Positions 19,705 through 32,056 of a stretch of DNA of 64,000 bases are shown here, piece by piece. The notes under the pieces are model-generated. The model did not search any database. It saw only the letters and a list, made by a program, of their open reading frames with translations, and was not told the origin of the DNA. Source of the DNA: an uncultured Gammaproteobacteria bacterium (GTDB lineage: Bacteria > Pseudomonadota > Gammaproteobacteria > GCA-001735895); NCBI GenBank assembly GCA_947260025.1, contig CAMYON010000001.1, positions 11,410 to 75,409 on the forward strand. Reading direction: 5' to 3'. Position 1 is the stretch's first letter, and the number at the start of each line of letters is the position of its first letter. The position numbers were made by a program, and so were the translations under genes.

Positions 19705-20657
19705 CCAGCCGTTAGCTGCTGCAACATCTTAAGGTAATTTTGATAGCGGGATTCTGCGATGATACCGGAGTCGACCGCCTCGATGACCGCGCATTTCGGT
19801 TCATTACGATGCAGGCAGTTGTGAAAGCGGCAACCCTCCCCGATTTCCCTGATTTCCCTGAATCCCAGGGCCAGCGGCCTCTTGTCATCGATGAACGGGC
19901 TGAATCCCCTGACCCCGGGGGTGTCGATCAAATCACCGCCGCCGGGTAAATGATACAGGCGACTGGCGCGGGTGGTATGCCGTCCTTCCTCGTTGGCTTC
20001 GGAAATGCTCGCGACCTTGATTTCTTCCTGTGGCAGGAGCCAGCTGGTTAGCGATGATTTCCCCACCCCGGAGACCCCGCTCAGCACCGATACCTGGCCC
20101 GGCAATAGTGCGTTAAATTCCTCCATACCGGCTCCCGAAACAACGCTGGTATCGACCTGCCGGTATCCCAGCGGCTGATAAATTCGGCGCAGTCCGTACG
20201 GGTCCTCCCTGTCTGTGGCGAGATCGATCTTGTTGAGCAGAATGCAGGCCTCGATCTGCTGTTGCTCAGCCGACAGCAGGTACTGGTCGAGCAGGAAAAG
20301 GTTGGGTTCGGGAGAAACCGCAAGGCATACGAACAACTGGCTGATATTGGCCGCAACGGATCTGACCTGACCGAAACCGTCGACGCGCTGTAACAGGTTA
20401 TCCCGCTCCAGTATCCCGACGACTCGATGTTGCTGCTGCGCCGTGGTTTCGATCGCTACACGATCGCCGCAAACGATGGTACCGAGATTGGACTTGATCT
20501 TGCACTCGATAGTTGTTGCCGAATCGCGTTCGACCAGGAGTTGGCCGCCCTGGTGAGAAACTACCAGCCCGCGGTCGTAATCATCGTGTTCCGAAATGGC
20601 GTCCTGGGCCGCCTGAATCCGATTCTGCTGCTGCTGGCTAAGCCTGCGCTTTGCCAT
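19701..20657 (-). CDS. rsgA: Small-subunit-dependent ribosome biogenesis GTPase RsgA (YjeQ)
   Basis: It has an OB-fold N-terminus, a circularly permuted GTPase (VLSGVSGVGKSSL) and a C-terminal zinc knuckle CRFHNCLHRNEPKCAV. Confidence 0.85.
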   Translation of the reverse strand: MAKRRLSQQQQNRIQAAQDAISEHDDYDRGLVVSHQGGQLLVERDSATTIECKIKSNLGTIVCGDRVAIETTAQQQHRVVGILERDNLLQRVDGFGQVRSVAANISQLFVCLAVSPEPNLFLLDQYLLSAEQQQIEACILLNKIDLATDREDPYGLRRIYQPLGYRQVDTSVVSGAGMEEFNALLPGQVSVLSGVSGVGKSSLTSWLLPQEEIKVASISEANEEGRHTTRASRLYHLPGGGDLIDTPGVRGFSPFIDDKRPLALGFREIREIGEGCRFHNCLHRNEPKCAVIEAVDSGIIAESRYQNYLKMLQQLTAG

Positions 20658-20700
20658 GAAGAGGCCTGCTGGTCAAAGGGGTAACAGGGCGCAAATCGTG

Positions 20701-22008
20701 CTAACCGGACGGCTCACCGGCGGCGATAGCTTCAAGATGGTCGATGCGGATCATCGCCGGGGGATGCGAATCGTAAAACATCGAATGGACAGGATCGGGC
20801 GTCAGGGTGCTGGCGTTTTCCCGGTAGAGGCTTACCAGGGCCGAAATCAGCGCCTTGTAGTCGCTATTGGAATGCGCAAATTCATCCGCTTCGAATTCAT
20901 GCTTGCGCGACAGTGCCGAGAACAGCGGGCTAACGAAATAGGTAAATACCGGCATGATCGTCATGAACAGGATCAGTGCGGCGTGGGTCGATGCGGTCTC
21001 CACGCCGAGCGAGCTATAAAACCAGTCGGAAGACATTAGCCAGGCCAGTAACGCGAATCCAGCCAGGGAAATAGCGCTCGACAGCAGCAGCGATTTCTTT
21101 ATGTGATTGCGCTTGAAGTGCCCGAGTTCGTGCGCCAGCACCGCTTCTACCTCGTCTGCCGACAGCGACTCCAGCAAGGTGTCGAAAAAGACGATACGCT
21201 TGTTGCGGCCGAAGCCGGTGAAATAGGCGTTGCCATGCGATGATCGCCTGGAGCCGTCGACGACAAATACGCCCTGGCTCTGGAAACCGCAGCGCTGCAG
21301 CAGGTTCTCTATACGGGTACGCAGCGTCGCATCCTGTAGCGGACTGAACTTGTTGAACAGCGGAGCGATAAACGCCGGATAGGCCCAGATCATGACCAGA
21401 CTGAAACTCATCCACAATAGCCATGCGTAGAGCCACCAGTTGGCGCCGGCCTGGTTCATCAACCACAGTATCGCCGCCACCAGTGGCGCCCCGATCACGA
21501 CCAACAAAAGCGCTGTCTTCACCAGATCGAGTAGCCAGGTCTTAAGCGTCGTTTGATTGAAGCCAAAGCGTTCTTCGATGACAAAGGTCTGGTAAAGCGA
21601 AAACGGCAGATCGAGAATCGATGTGATGAGAGTCAGTGAAAAAATCACTGCGATGCCGGCAACTAGCGGACCGTATTCGTAACCCGCCCACCACTGGTCG
21701 ATCAGGTTAATTCCGCCGCCGATAGTCCACAGCAGCAGCCACAGCGTCTCCCAGGCGAGGGTAACCCGGCCCAGCCGTATCTTGGTGCAGCTATAGTCCG
21801 CAGCGCGGTGATGGTCCTCGAGCGAGATCTTGTCGGCGAAAGCGGCGGGTACCTCGGCATAGTGCGCGCGGATATGATTGACCTGGCGCTGACTTAGCCA
21901 CAGGCGAACCAGCACGGTTGCGACAACAAAGCTCAAAAATACTGTGGTGAATAAATGCATTAAGCTACCAGGCCTCAAAAACTTGCTATAGTTTAGCGCA
22001 TATTGCAT
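20701..22008 (-). CDS. M48-family (Ste24/HtpX-like) integral-membrane zinc metallopeptidase
   Basis: 435 aa with a multi-TM N-terminal half. It has [11 protein letters not shown] (HExxH) and a downstream Glu. Confidence 0.7.
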   Translation of the reverse strand: MQYALNYSKFLRPGSLMHLFTTVFLSFVVATVLVRLWLSQRQVNHIRAHYAEVPAAFADKISLEDHHRAADYSCTKIRLGRVTLAWETLWLLLWTIGGGINLIDQWWAGYEYGPLVAGIAVIFSLTLITSILDLPFSLYQTFVIEERFGFNQTTLKTWLLDLVKTALLLVVIGAPLVAAILWLMNQAGANWWLYAWLLWMSFSLVMIWAYPAFIAPLFNKFSPLQDATLRTRIENLLQRCGFQSQGVFVVDGSRRSSHGNAYFTGFGRNKRIVFFDTLLESLSADEVEAVLAHELGHFKRNHIKKSLLLSSAISLAGFALLAWLMSSDWFYSSLGVETASTHAALILFMTIMPVFTYFVSPLFSALSRKHEFEADEFAHSNSDYKALISALVSLYRENASTLTPDPVHSMFYDSHPPAMIRIDHLEAIAAGEPSG

Positions 22009-22012
22009 TCAT

Positions 22013-22576
22013 ATGAAGCCCGACGACATGACGTTAATTGACGATGACAACCTGATCTGGATAGATCTCGAAATGACTGGCCTGGATCCGCAAACGGATG
22101 AGATCATCGAGATTGCGACCGTGGTCACCGACGCCAGGCTCAAGCTGTTGGCACAGGGTCCGGTTATCGCCATCCATCATCCGGCGTCGATCATGAATGC
22201 GATGGATGAGTGGAACACTAGTCATCATGGCAAATCGGGGCTTACCGAGAGAGTCAGGGAGAGCGATAGCAGCACCGAGGATGCCGAGCGCGAAACCCTT
22301 GATTTTCTGCGTCGCTACGTGCCCCCCGGTAAATCGCCGATGTGCGGTAACAGTATCTGCCAGGATCGTCGTTTCATGGCCCGGCTAATGCCCGAGCTGG
22401 AAGCATTTTTTCACTATCGAAATCTCGATGTGAGTACACTCAAGGAACTGGCGCGATTGTGGAAGCCCGAGCTGATCTCCGGATTTGCCAAGAAGGGTGC
22501 GCACCTGGCGCTGGACGATATTCTCGAGTCGATCGATGAAATGAAGTATTACCGCGAACACTTCATCCGCTGCTGA
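22013..22576 (+). CDS. orn: Oligoribonuclease
   Basis: [28 protein letters not shown] is a near-identical Orn N-terminal motif. It is a DEDDh exonuclease. Confidence 0.9.
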   Translation: MKPDDMTLIDDDNLIWIDLEMTGLDPQTDEIIEIATVVTDARLKLLAQGPVIAIHHPASIMNAMDEWNTSHHGKSGLTERVRESDSSTEDAERETLDFLRRYVPPGKSPMCGNSICQDRRFMARLMPELEAFFHYRNLDVSTLKELARLWKPELISGFAKKGAHLALDDILESIDEMKYYREHFIRC

Positions 22577-22758
22577 GCCCGTCGAGGCTGCGGATCCAAT
22601 GCCTGGTCGACGGTTTTAGCCAGGTTCCCGAAGCCTGAGCCGTGGTCCACAGCGGCCCGGTTGCTGCCGTTTAAGCTCGCTTAAACCAACGCTTTTATGC
22701 CAAACATCCTCGATACCGCTCGCGTTGACGAAGCGCTACCGAAAAATGATCGCCAGGT

Positions 22759-22787
22759 TTAAAGATTCCCGTTTTGCTGCCGATCTA
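22759..22787 (+). promoter_or_regulatory. Candidate sigma-28 (FliA) promoter upstream of motA
   Basis: TAAAGATT-N11-GCCGATCT compared with the FliA consensus TAAAGTTT-N11-GCCGATAA. It lies about 45 nt upstream of the motA ATG. Confidence 0.5.
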
Positions 22788-22828
22788 AGGGGCGTCACCA
22801 GTTCTGTTACGGCGCATTTGGGAGCACT

Positions 22829-23602
22829 ATGGATCTTGCCTCGTTAATCGGCATCATTTCCGGTATTGGACTTATAGTTTCCGCGATTATTCTCGGCGGC
22901 GATGTGCACCATTTCATGAACGTGCCGGGAATCATGATTGTTCTGGGTGGCACCATGGCGGCAACCCTGTTGACGTTCCAGTTCAGGGACGTCTGGACCG
23001 CCTTCAAAAGCGCCTATTTCGTGTTTTCGTCGCCCAAACAGGATTCGCAGGAATTGATCAATACCATGATCAAGCTCGGCACTATCAGCCGTCGCAAGGG
23101 GTTGCTCAGTTTGATGGATGTTAAAACCAACTCGCCCTTCCTGAAACGCGTATGCACTTTGATCGCCGACGCGGCCGACGAGGAGACGCTGCGCAGTGCG
23201 ATGCGCACCGAAATCGAATCAATGCAAATGCGCCATTACATCGTGCAGGATGTGTTTCGCAAGATGGCGATGTACGCGCCGTCCTTCGGTATGCTCGGTA
23301 CGCTGATCGGTTTGATCCAGATGCTGTCGCTGCTGGCGAGTCCGGATAACCTCGGTCCGGCGATGGCGATTGCATTGCTGACCACTTTTTACGGCACCCT
23401 GTTATCGACCGCGATATTTCTGCCTATCGCCGGTAAACTGCGATCGCGGACCCTGGCCGAGGTAATGAACTTCGAAATAATCTTTCAGGGTGCGGTCAGT
23501 ATCCTGCAGGACAATAATCCACTCTCGGTATACGAGAAATTATCTTCCTTCGTGCCGGCCAGGCAGCGCAAGCCGATGCAGAAGCTAAGGGAGCGCAGCT
23601 AA
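22829..23602 (+). CDS. motA: Flagellar stator protein MotA (MotA/PomA family)
   Basis: 257 aa. It has four TM segments in the MotA/TolQ/ExbB arrangement and a cytoplasmic charged loop. It is followed by an OmpA-domain partner. The rsgA-orn-motAB neighbourhood matches Pseudomonas PA4951-PA4954. Confidence 0.8.
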   Translation: MDLASLIGIISGIGLIVSAIILGGDVHHFMNVPGIMIVLGGTMAATLLTFQFRDVWTAFKSAYFVFSSPKQDSQELINTMIKLGTISRRKGLLSLMDVKTNSPFLKRVCTLIADAADEETLRSAMRTEIESMQMRHYIVQDVFRKMAMYAPSFGMLGTLIGLIQMLSLLASPDNLGPAMAIALLTTFYGTLLSTAIFLPIAGKLRSRTLAEVMNFEIIFQGAVSILQDNNPLSVYEKLSSFVPARQRKPMQKLRERS

Positions 23603-24354
23603 TGTCGGCCAGCTCGCTAAGCAATATGTTCGAGGACGAAGAGGGCGGCAGCGCCTGGGTGGTAACCTTTGCCGATATGATGACCTTGATTCTGGTATTT
23701 TTCATTTTGCTTTACACGCTTGCAGATTTTGAAGACGAGGCCTACAAGGAGCTGATCGAGTCGGTGCAGGTGATCGACGGTGATGGCAGTCAGATCAGTG
23801 TTATCGATTTCGCCACACGCAAAGGCAGAAACCCGGAGCCGTTGCAGGCAGTCGAGGACATGCTGGGCATGAATCCCGGTACGGTTCCGATAGACACCGT
23901 AAAACCAGCCCTGGTCTCGGAAATGGAAAGCATGATCGATTATTCGGATATCGCCGATAGCGTAGAGCTGACCTATAACGGAGACCAGATCAATCTACAG
24001 ATCGACGGCCGCTATCTGTTTGCGTCGGGCCAGGCCGAGCTCAAGGACCGTGCCCGCTATATATTCGCCAATCTCGGACAAATGTTCCGCGATTATGCCG
24101 ACTATCGAATTGCGATTCGTGGGCATACCGACGATCAGAATATTCAGACCGCCCGCTATCCGTCCAACTGGGAGCTATCGGCAGTGCGCGCAACCACCGT
24201 GTTGCGATTTTTTATCGAGCAGGGCATCGATCCCGAGCGCATGACGGCCACCGGTTATGCGGATTATTTGCCGCTGGTCGAAAACAATAGTACCGATAAC
24301 AGGGCAAGAAATCGGAGAGTTGAATTTGTTCTGGAAAAACAAAAAGACAATTGA
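23602..24354 (+). CDS. motB: Flagellar stator protein MotB (OmpA-like peptidoglycan-binding C-terminus)
   Basis: It has a single N-terminal TM segment with the conserved Asp (FADMMTLILVFF), a plug region, and a C-terminal OmpA-like domain (RIAIRGHTDDQ...SNWELSAVRATTV). Its start overlaps the motA stop (ATGA). Confidence 0.8.
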   Translation: MSASSLSNMFEDEEGGSAWVVTFADMMTLILVFFILLYTLADFEDEAYKELIESVQVIDGDGSQISVIDFATRKGRNPEPLQAVEDMLGMNPGTVPIDTVKPALVSEMESMIDYSDIADSVELTYNGDQINLQIDGRYLFASGQAELKDRARYIFANLGQMFRDYADYRIAIRGHTDDQNIQTARYPSNWELSAVRATTVLRFFIEQGIDPERMTATGYADYLPLVENNSTDNRARNRRVEFVLEKQKDN

Positions 24355-24709
24355 GGTCGCTCTCGATTCGCGTCACAGCGATAATCGGGCGGCCTATCGA
24401 ATCGCGCCAGACAGCGATCGTCCCGTAATCATTTCGATCAAGGACGAGGACTTCAATGCGCTCAATATCAGCGGCACCGGCATCGCGTTTCGCGCAGACA
24501 GGTTCGAGGTCGGCAGCCGTTATGCGGCAAAAATTCGGTTACCCGGTGAAGGCAAGGTTTTCCGGGTGATTCTAGAAGTGGTGGCAAAACAGGAGGATCT
24601 CTGCAGATGTTGCTTTAGGGATATTCACGAAGAGGCTGAAAATCTACTACACTCTTATATCCTTGAGCTGCAAAAGTCGAAAATTAGGCAAAATCATGGT
24701 GAAGTTTGA
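24257..24709 (+). CDS. PilZ-domain protein (putative c-di-GMP receptor); start uncertain (only ATG at 24257, TTG candidates at ~24320/24326)
   Basis: PilZ motifs are present: NRAAYRI (RxxxR) and NISGTGIAF (D/NxSxxG). The ORF overlaps the 3' end of motB in another frame. Confidence 0.6.
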   Translation: MRIICRWSKTIVPITGQEIGELNLFWKNKKTIEVALDSRHSDNRAAYRIAPDSDRPVIISIKDEDFNALNISGTGIAFRADRFEVGSRYAAKIRLPGEGKVFRVILEVVAKQEDLCRCCFRDIHEEAENLLHSYILELQKSKIRQNHGEV

Positions 24710-24899
24710 TGCATTTTTGCCAATTTGTGCTAGCTTCAAGGGTATAGAAAGTTTCTGAGATTTCAGGCATTTATTAGGGCATTCTATTGAATTGGATTGA
24801 TTTTCAGGCGGAAATCAGCCATCATTGCTGGTCGGTTGGCGGTATAAGAGCGATCAGCGCTAACTATCTGAATTTTTTCATGTTTTTTGGGAAGCGGTC

Positions 24900-25814
24900 T
24901 TGATTAAACAGCGCACGTTGAAAAATGTCATTCGCGCCATGGGTGTGGGTTTGCATACAGGTAAAAAAGTGTATCTAACACTGCGGCCAGCACCGATCGA
25001 TTCCGGTATCCGTTTTCGCCGCATCGACCTGGATGAGCCGGTCGAAATCCTGGCTCGTCCCGAAAAAGTCGGTGATACCAATTTGTCGACCACGCTGGTG
25101 GAAGACGGTGTCCGTATTTCTACAGTCGAACACCTGCTGTCAGCAATCGCGGGTCTCGGTATCGATAACGCCTATATCGATCTCAGTGCCGACGAAGTGC
25201 CGATTATGGACGGTAGCTCCGGACCTTTTGTCTTCCTGATTCAGTCTGCTGGAATCGTCGAGCAGAACCAGGCCAAGAAATTCATCAAGATTAAAAAGAC
25301 CGTGCGTGTCGAAGAAGGCGACAAGTGGGTGGAATTCCAGCCTTTCAATGGTTTCAAGGTCAGTTTCGAAATCGATTTCGATCACCCTTTGTTCACCAGG
25401 CAAAAGCAAACCTGTCACATCAATTTTTCCACCACTTCGTTTGTCAAGGAAGTTAGCCGTGCCCGCACCTTCGGTTTTCAAAAGGACATCGAGTATCTGC
25501 GAGCCAATAATCTTGCGCTCGGCGGTAGCCAGGACAATGCCATCGTGCTCGACGATTACCGGGTATTGAACGAGGACGGCCTGCGTTACGACAACGAGTT
25601 CGTCAAGCACAAGATCCTGGATTCGATTGGAGATTTATATCTGCTCGGTCACAGTCTCATCGGCGCCTTTTCTGGCTACAAGTCGGGACATGCTCTTAAT
25701 AATCGACTGTTGCTGGCCCTGCTGGCCGATACCGACGCCTGGGAAGAGGTGACATTCGAAGACGCCTCGACCGCGCCGATATCCTACGCGCAGCCCGTGG
25801 AAGCAGCGATATAG
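24900..25814 (+). CDS. lpxC: UDP-3-O-acyl-N-acetylglucosamine deacetylase
   Basis: It starts at TTG. (M)[31 protein letters not shown] matches E. coli Lpx[33 protein letters not shown] from the first residue. Confidence 0.9.
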   Translation: MIKQRTLKNVIRAMGVGLHTGKKVYLTLRPAPIDSGIRFRRIDLDEPVEILARPEKVGDTNLSTTLVEDGVRISTVEHLLSAIAGLGIDNAYIDLSADEVPIMDGSSGPFVFLIQSAGIVEQNQAKKFIKIKKTVRVEEGDKWVEFQPFNGFKVSFEIDFDHPLFTRQKQTCHINFSTTSFVKEVSRARTFGFQKDIEYLRANNLALGGSQDNAIVLDDYRVLNEDGLRYDNEFVKHKILDSIGDLYLLGHSLIGAFSGYKSGHALNNRLLLALLADTDAWEEVTFEDASTAPISYAQPVEAAI

Positions 25815-25821
25815 GTGACCC

Positions 25822-26736
25822 GTGAATATACTGTTTCTGTCATCAAATCGAGGCCAAATCTGCGGACTTAATCTTAAGAAGCCGCTGCATTTGCTTGTGA
25901 TGACGGTAATGCTCGGCCTGCTAGTGTCGGGTTCCGTTTACGTCGGTTACAGCATGAACCCAAGCCAGGACAACCAGGCCCTGATCGACGAATGGCAGGC
26001 AGATGTTCATCGTCAACAGGTACAACTCAAACATATCCGCGAAGAGGCCGACGCCAATATCGACGCATTGTCGTCGCGTATCGGTCTGCTGCAGGCGCAC
26101 GTGATGCGACTCGACGCCCTGGGGCGTAAACTGGTGCACATGGCCAGCATCGACAAGGCCGAGTTCGATTTCGATCTGACCCCCGCCCTCGGTGGGCCTG
26201 AAACCATCACCAACAAGGGACTGGCACCCGACGAATTATCTCAGGCAATCGAGCAGTTGAGCTTCGAACTTGAAAACCGGGAAAATCAGCTCGTGGTGTT
26301 GGAAAACCTGGTGCTGGACGAAAACCTGCAAAAGGAAGTTCAGCCCAGCGGCCGTCCGATCACCAAGGGCTGGATTTCGTCCTATTACGGCATGCGCACC
26401 CACCCGCTTTCAGGGCGGCGAGAGATGCATAAAGGTATCGATTTTGCCGGAAAACTGGGCGGGCAGGTCATTGCAGTTGCCAAGGGCGTGGTTACCTACG
26501 CCGGCAAGCGCTACGGTTACGGCAGCGTTATCGACATTGCGCACGGTAACGGTTATACAACACGCTATGCGCATAATTCTCGCCTGCTGGTATCGGTGGG
26601 TGATACAGTCGAGAAAGGTTTTCAAATCGCTGAAATTGGCTCATCAGGCCGTTCTACGGGTCCCCACGTGCACTTCGAAGTGCTGAAGAACGGACGCCAG
26701 ATGAATCCTGTACGATTTATCCGCGCTACGAATTGA
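25822..26736 (+). CDS. M23-family peptidoglycan endopeptidase with N-terminal TM/coiled-coil region
   Basis: The C-terminus has HKGIDFAGKLGGQVIAVAKGVV...GNGYTTRYAHNS...GSSGRSTGPHVHFEV, which is the LytM HxxxD/HxH signature. It lies between lpxC and secA, as Pseudomonas PA4404 does. Confidence 0.8.
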   Translation: MNILFLSSNRGQICGLNLKKPLHLLVMTVMLGLLVSGSVYVGYSMNPSQDNQALIDEWQADVHRQQVQLKHIREEADANIDALSSRIGLLQAHVMRLDALGRKLVHMASIDKAEFDFDLTPALGGPETITNKGLAPDELSQAIEQLSFELENRENQLVVLENLVLDENLQKEVQPSGRPITKGWISSYYGMRTHPLSGRREMHKGIDFAGKLGGQVIAVAKGVVTYAGKRYGYGSVIDIAHGNGYTTRYAHNSRLLVSVGDTVEKGFQIAEIGSSGRSTGPHVHFEVLKNGRQMNPVRFIRATN

Positions 26737-26823
26737 TCGAGGCGACGTTTATTTCAGCTGCCCGCTTGAAACCTTTCAAGTAAACTCCACCTCTGATAAC
26801 AGTTCTGTTAAAGCAGTCGTACG

Positions 26824-29517
<2,694 letters not shown>

Positions 29518-29525
29518 GTTAGTCC

Positions 29526-30737
29526 GTGGCCGTAGGTTTACAGACCCCTCAGAATCTCTACCCGGTCAGGGGCCTCCGCCTCGCGGCAATGCATAGTGGA
29601 ATCAAGAACGACAGCACTGCAAAAGACCTGACCTTGATCGAAATTGCGCCAGGAGCGAGCCTGGCTGGCGTGTTTACCCAGAGCCATTTCAGTGCGGCCC
29701 CGGTACAGCTGTGCCAACAACACCTGTCGCTGGATTCAGATGCTCGTTTCCTGTTGATAAACTCCGGCAACGCCAATGCGGGTACCGGCGCTGCGGGACT
29801 GCGTGATGCGATCGCATGCTGCGAAGCCCTTGCCGAAGCCACGGGCGTGGATCGCGATCAGGTATTGCCTTTTTCAACCGGGGTGATTGCCGAACGGTTG
29901 CCGGTCACGCCAATAAAGAAAGCGATTCCCGAACTGCTTGCCCGGCTCGATGCCGACAACTGGCTCGAGGCCGCGCAGGGTATCATGACAACCGATACGC
30001 TACCCAAGGCAGTTAGCGTCCAGCTCGAAATCGACGATAAAGCCGTTTTCATAACGGGTATGGCGAAAGGTTCGGGCATGATCAAGCCGGATATGGCGAC
30101 GATGCTCAGTTACATCGCAACCGACGCCGTTATCGAGCAAGGCGAACTGTCGCAAATGCTTGGGCAGATGGTTACAGGCAGTTTCAATTCAATAACCGTC
30201 GACGGCGATACCTCGACCAACGATTCCTGCGTATTGATCGCCACCGGCGCTTCCGCCGTAAACGTGAATCGAGGCCAGGAGGAATTCTGCCAGGCCCTGC
30301 AACTGGTATTCGAAAAACTCGCGCAGGCGATTATTCGAGATGCCGAGGGCGCTACCAAGTTCGTCGAGGTCAACGTCGAGGGTGCTGCAACCGAGAGCGA
30401 CGCGCGCAGTGTCGCGTTTACCATCGCGGAGTCGCCTTTGGTAAAAACTGCGCTCTTTGCATCGGATCCGAATTGGGGACGATTCATTATGGCTATCGGC
30501 CGCGCGCCGTTATCGCAAATAGACCCCGAACATGTCGATCTTTACCTTGGCGCGGTGCGCCTGCTGCACCAGGGATTACCCGACCCTGAGTATAGCGAAG
30601 CACTGGGGCAGGCAGAAATGTCGCGCTCGGAAATCACCATCCGGGTTAACCTGAACCTGGGGGATGCGAGGGCCCGTGTCTGGACCTCGGACCTGTCTTA
30701 CGACTACGTAAAAATAAATGCGGAATACCGCAGTTAG
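29526..30737 (+). CDS. argJ: Bifunctional glutamate N-acetyltransferase / amino-acid acetyltransferase ArgJ
   Basis: 403 aa with the ATML autoproteolysis site context (GMIKPDMATMLSYIATD) and the ArgJ fold. The secA-argJ-mutT order is as in Pseudomonas. Confidence 0.9.
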   Translation: MAVGLQTPQNLYPVRGLRLAAMHSGIKNDSTAKDLTLIEIAPGASLAGVFTQSHFSAAPVQLCQQHLSLDSDARFLLINSGNANAGTGAAGLRDAIACCEALAEATGVDRDQVLPFSTGVIAERLPVTPIKKAIPELLARLDADNWLEAAQGIMTTDTLPKAVSVQLEIDDKAVFITGMAKGSGMIKPDMATMLSYIATDAVIEQGELSQMLGQMVTGSFNSITVDGDTSTNDSCVLIATGASAVNVNRGQEEFCQALQLVFEKLAQAIIRDAEGATKFVEVNVEGAATESDARSVAFTIAESPLVKTALFASDPNWGRFIMAIGRAPLSQIDPEHVDLYLGAVRLLHQGLPDPEYSEALGQAEMSRSEITIRVNLNLGDARARVWTSDLSYDYVKINAEYRS

Positions 30738-30778
30738 CTGGAAAGGCGTAAGGCCTGTCGAATTGCGATTAGCTTGAA

Positions 30779-31240
30779 ATGACGCCGAATCCCATCGTCA
30801 ATCCGGTTTCCATCGATGAAGATCATATCCATGTTGTTGCCGCGATAATCTGGAACCAGCTTCAGCCTGACCGGTTTCTGATAGCGCAACGTCAAAAGGG
30901 CAAACATCTCGAAGACTATTGGGAACTACCCGGCGGTAAACTGGAACCTGGAGAGACCGCCTGGCAAGCTTTGCAGCGTGAGATTACCGAGGAAATCAGC
31001 ATTCGGGTGATCGCGGCATCCCCTTACATGAGGGTTTACTTTCGTTATCCGGAGCGCAATATTTTACTCGATACCTGGGTCGTTGATGATTACCGGGGCG
31101 AAGTCGAAGCCAGGGAACAGCAGCCTGTCGCCTGGATTGGTTCGAACGAAATAGATTGCTACCGCTTCCCGCCGGCAGATATACCGATTCTTGACGCTAT
31201 AAAGTACAGCGCGAAAGCAGGAACTCGACGTCTTCCTTGA
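30779..31240 (+). CDS. mutT: Nudix hydrolase, 8-oxo-dGTP diphosphatase-like
   Basis: The Nudix box is GGKLEPGETAWQALQREITEEISI. Its position downstream of secA-argJ matches mutT. Confidence 0.75.
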   Translation: MTPNPIVNPVSIDEDHIHVVAAIIWNQLQPDRFLIAQRQKGKHLEDYWELPGGKLEPGETAWQALQREITEEISIRVIAASPYMRVYFRYPERNILLDTWVVDDYRGEVEAREQQPVAWIGSNEIDCYRFPPADIPILDAIKYSAKAGTRRLP

Positions 31241-31970
31241 CCTGGGTTGGAACCGCGGTAATCGAATTCACGCGCATGAACCTGACCGAGTAGCGGTGCT
31301 TGCCGGCGCTGATCTCCGGGTATATCAGTTCGTCTGCAGCGATACCGATGCGAATCAACTGGGTCGATTGCTTGGTATCCAGAGGCTTTTGGTAAAATCC
31401 CTTATCCGCGACCACCGGCCTGGAAGCGGCGCTGTCGCGAATGGTTTTCAGGACCAATTCGATTACTTCCTCCAGCCGACAGTAGGGCTCGACCCATTCC
31501 TGCAGGTTGGCAACCCGCTCCTCGTGCTCCCGGTTCAGCCAGAAACGCAGCTGTGGCAGATCGAAATCGCAGGAGCCGCCGGGTATCGAGGTACGCTGTT
31601 TGATGCCCAGCAAGAAATCGTCACGTTTTAAATGCTCGCCCAGTTTGCCATCGAGACGATGCAGTCGTTCCAGCGCATCCTTCTGCTTACTCAGTATGAT
31701 GTCGAGCTTCGAGTGATCGATTTCCTGATGCTTGCTTAGCGCTTTGAGCGCACCGTGCTGGCGCTCCAGCTCCTTCATAAGCTCCTGCTTGAGATCCCCA
31801 CGTTCCAGCAACGAGGTAAGCTCGAGAATGGTCAGCAGTGCGCTATAAGCGCTCCAGTCGCCTTTCAACGCTTCGAAGTAATGAAAGCGTTTCATCAGGG
31901 TTTCGACTCGCAAACACATACGGATGCGTTCGTTTAATGGCTGCTCGAATGTTTGGTATCTGCCCGACAT
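31197..31970 (-). CDS. zapD: Cell division protein ZapD (YacF)
   Basis: 257 aa. MSGRYQTFEQPLNERIRMCLRVETLMKRFHYF matches the ZapD family N-terminus. It is convergent with mutT, and its 3' end overlaps mutT by about 44 nt. Confidence 0.8.
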   Translation of the reverse strand: MSGRYQTFEQPLNERIRMCLRVETLMKRFHYFEALKGDWSAYSALLTILELTSLLERGDLKQELMKELERQHGALKALSKHQEIDHSKLDIILSKQKDALERLHRLDGKLGEHLKRDDFLLGIKQRTSIPGGSCDFDLPQLRFWLNREHEERVANLQEWVEPYCRLEEVIELVLKTIRDSAASRPVVADKGFYQKPLDTKQSTQLIRIGIAADELIYPEISAGKHRYSVRFMRVNSITAVPTQVKEDVEFLLSRCTL

Positions 31971-32056
31971 CGCTCGTGAAGTAATGCAAAACCCTTAAAG
32001 TATAGCCGAAAACAATAGGTTAATGTCGACGCTACGAATGCGAGCCTGACCTATTT

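Noticed and set aside
26737-26823. secM-like arrest peptide upstream of secA
   Set aside because: The gap between the M23 peptidase gene and secA is only 87 nt. It has no ORF and no FxxxxWIxxxxGIRAGP-type arrest motif.
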